Shown here in pieces: positions 61,375 to 64,000 of a stretch of 64,000 nucleotides of DNA. The notes under the pieces are model-generated. The model was given only the letters and a program-made list of their open reading frames with translations. It did no database searches and was not told the origin of the DNA. The stretch's first letter is position 1. The number at the start of each line of letters is the position of its first letter. Both the position numbers and the translations under genes were made by a program. This stretch comes from Octopus sinensis (Eukaryota), in assembly GCF_006345805.1 (NCBI RefSeq), contig NC_042998.1, positions 32,736,001-32,800,000 on the forward strand, given 5' to 3'.

Positions 61375-61752
61375 GGAGGTGCAATGGCCCAGTGGTTAGG
61401 GCAGCAGACTCACGGATGTAGGATCGTGGTTTCGATTCCCAGACTGGGTGTTGTGAGTGTTTATTGAGAGAAAACACTTAAAGCTCCACGAAGCTTCAGC
61501 AGGGGATGGTGGTGAACGCTGCTGTACTCGTTCACCACAGCTTTCTCTCACTCTTTCTTCCTTTTTCTGTTGTACCTGTATTTCAAAGACTCTGCCTTCT
61601 CACACTCTGTGTCATGCTGAATCTCCCCGAGAACTATATTAAGGGTACACATGTCTGTGGAGTGCTCAGCCACTTGCATGTTAATTTCACGAGCAGTCTG
61701 TTCCGTTGATCGGATCAACTGGAACCCTCGTCGTCATAAGCAATGTAGTGCC
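61375..61752 (+). mobile_element. SINE-E, long form
   Basis: Head ggaggtgcaatggcccagtggttagggc, B-box-like tttcgattccc, tail gatcggatcaactggaaccctcgtcgtc. Confidence 0.8.
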
Positions 61753-62229
61753 ACAACTTGCAATCATACATACACACATGCACACACATCCACACACACA
61801 CAGGTAATACGCAGAAGCATGAATGCGTGGTTACAAGTTCATTTTAAAACCATGTGAATTTCGGGTTCAGTTCCAGTGTTACATGAGTGGAATTGGTAAA
61901 TGGAAACTGTACCAAAGCCCATTGTATGTGTATGTGAGCACATATGAATGTACATATATGTGTGTACTTGTGTGTGTGTGTGTAGGTATGTGTGTGTGTG
62001 AATCTGGATTCATTTTCATCTGAGCCAAAACAAAAGTCGGTGATGAAGTTCGCTTTCTCCTGTACACTAGTTTCAGTATTTAAAAGAATCAGGAGAATGA
62101 AAGTAACTTACTTGAAAATGAAGGGAGATTAGGGACAGGAAAAGAATGCACCCATCCGGCCATAGAGAAATCGGTTTCAGAAAGGTTCATAAAACACAGG
62201 AAACTGACTCCAAGACGACTATGATGATG

Positions 62230-62450
62230 AGCTGGCAGAAACCTTAGCACGCCGGGCGAAATTCTTAGCGGTATTTCGTCTGCTGTTACGTTGTGAGTTC
62301 AAATTCCGCCGAGGTCGACTTTGCCTTTCATACTTTCGGGGTCGATAAATAAAGTGCCAGTTACGCACTGGGGTCGATGTAATCGACTTAATACCTATGT
62401 CTGTCCTTGTTTGTCCCCTCTGTGTTTAGCCCCTTGTGGGTAATAAAGAA
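62230..62450 (+). mobile_element. SINE-B
   Basis: Family head and core present. Confidence 0.88.
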
Positions 62451-62585
62451 ATGGATAATGATGATGATAACGTTCAGAGAAGAATGAATTTTGTGAATGT
62501 TCATTCGATAACAATAAAAAGAGTTAAGCAGTGACTGTTTGAAGAATGAAACAAAAAGGTGACTTGTCAAATGCACAATATAGAA

Positions 62586-62774
62586 AAATCTTGGCAGAAA
62601 CAGCTCAACTTCAAATCTTGGCAGAAACAGCTCAACTTCAAATCTTGGCAGAAACAGCTCAACTTCAAATCTTGGCAGAAACAGCTCAACTTCAAATCTT
62701 GGCAGAAACAGCTCAACTTCAAATCTTGGCAGAAGCAGCTCAACTTCAAATCTTGGCAGAAGCAGCTCAACTTC
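62586..62774. repeat. 27-bp minisatellite, 7 units
   Basis: aaatcttggcagaa(a/g)cagctcaacttc: units 1-5 identical, units 6-7 share one substitution. No spacers. Confidence 0.97.
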
Positions 62775-63011
62775 AAATTGCAAACAGAAGATGAAGATCA
62801 TTACAAGAAGAAATCATTGCTCAATGCAAATTGAACAGAAGTACTGCAAAATTTCAAATAACATACAAAGAAATGCTTAAAGCAAGGATGAAGGTAAAAG
62901 ACTATGAAAAGAAATAACTGAAAGAATACAAAATGAAACACATAAGGAAAATGGAGCAAGGTTTTAAGCAGGAAGTTGAGACAGAAATGAATCCTCTCAA
63001 TTTGACATGTA

Positions 63012-63455
63012 CTAACCTAGTGTGTGTGTGTACATATATGTATGTGTGTGTATCTGTGAGTATATTTGTGTGTGTATTTGTATATACATGTGTGTGTGTG
63101 TACGTGTACATATATGTATGTGTGCATGCACGTATGTGTGTATCATATGTATTTGTATGTGTGTACATATGTGTGTGTGCATATGTGTTAACGTGTACCT
63201 GTGTATGTATTTGAGTGTGTGTGTGCATATGTGCATGTGTCTGTACGTGTGTGTGTGCATGCGCGCATGTGTATTTGTTTGTATGTATGTGTATGTATAT
63301 GTGTGTACATGTGCCTGCGTGTATGCATATGCGTGTTTACTTGTGTGTACGTGTGTGTATGCGTATTTGTGTGTGTGCATCTACATACGTGTGTATGTGT
63401 GTGTGTACGTATGTGTGTGCATGCATGTGCATGTGCACATATGTGTGTATGTGTT
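63012..63455. repeat. (TG)/(TA)/(CA)-mixed microsatellite
   Basis: Visible directly. Confidence 0.95.
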
Positions 63456-63775
63456 TGGAAAAAAAATACAAATATTCTTTTTTTGGAACTGGATCTCAAA
63501 GCACAAATAAAGTTATAAAGAACAGCATGGAAATGTCAGGTTGAGAAAGCCTTTTTGGTAAGAAAGAGTTGAAAGCCACCAGTGGGAGTCAAACGCACAA
63601 ATCTTGAAGTAAACATTTCCCTTTAACTGAGATAATATCAGTTGAAAATGCTCAGTCGTAATGAGAAGCTTAGATGAAACACTTCATTAAAAATAATGGC
63701 AAACCAAATATACTTGAGGATGTCTTGGATAATGGAAAAATAGTGTAAAATACACTTAAACCAACAAAACTGTAT

Positions 63776-63912
63776 GGTGTCTTGGGGAAATTTTGAACCT
63801 GGGTTCTCATTCCTAAGGTATTTTTCAATGTTATTATTATTATTCAGGTCACTGCCTGGAATCGAACTCAGAATCTTGGGGTTAGTAGGCCGTGCCCTTA
63901 ACCACTACACCA
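63776..63912 (-). mobile_element. SINE-D truncated at the start of the hammerhead (after 'ccccaagacacc')
   Basis: Reverse complement: catggtgtagtggttaagggcacggcctactaaccccaagattctgagttcgattccaggcagtgacctgaataat... Confidence 0.88.
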
Positions 63913-64000
63913 TGTAGTACCCGAAGGGCAAAATTGACTTTGTAAAAGGGTTGCAAGAATCAAAAAAATTCTGCAATGCAGCAATAGAACGCTAGCAGCA

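Noticed and set aside
62586-62774. CRISPR array
   Set aside because: The 27-bp units are head-to-tail with no spacers.
402-63544. Long ORFs in the supplied track (YI-, CV-, HT-rich ORFs, and recurrent peptides such as FSFRLPNPLTR or AVFLQLDALPNANHS)
   Set aside because: They are translations of microsatellites or of SINE-A and RTE-3' copies, recur at every repeat copy, and have no protein-like features.

Overview
AT-rich animal genomic DNA dominated by interspersed repeats and microsatellites. The repeat families look like those of an octopus or other coleoid cephalopod; this is an inference from recalled repeat sequences, not a database result. No intact protein-coding gene, rRNA or CRISPR array is supported, and nearly all ORF-track entries come from microsatellites or repeats. 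My labels for the recurring families: SINE-A (tRNA-like head 'aggagtggctgtgtggtaag', central TA/TG microsatellite, AAGAGT tail); SINE-B (head 'gagctggcagaa', often multimeric); RTE-3' (3' end of an RTE LINE with a (GAT)n tail, physically joined to an RT pseudogene at 16.3-18.3 kb); SINE-D (tRNA-Arg-like head, (AAT)n, tail containing a hammerhead ribozyme motif); SINE-E and SINE-F (tRNA-like heads carrying interchangeable tails). Degenerate relics include RTE RT, an R4/Dong-like restriction-like endonuclease, a Penelope GIY-YIG, Ty3/Gypsy RT, a hAT transposase and a probable Chapaev-type transposase. There are also two non-autonomous DNA elements. The main result is a Penelope-type hammerhead system: at least four unrelated sequence contexts carry minimal type-I hammerhead motifs, and SINE-D occurs twice as a head-to-head unit whose two host junctions are both element 3' ends inside one target-site duplication. 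Interspersed-repeat boundaries were read by eye (about +/-10 bp); TSD and ribozyme coordinates were counted base by base.
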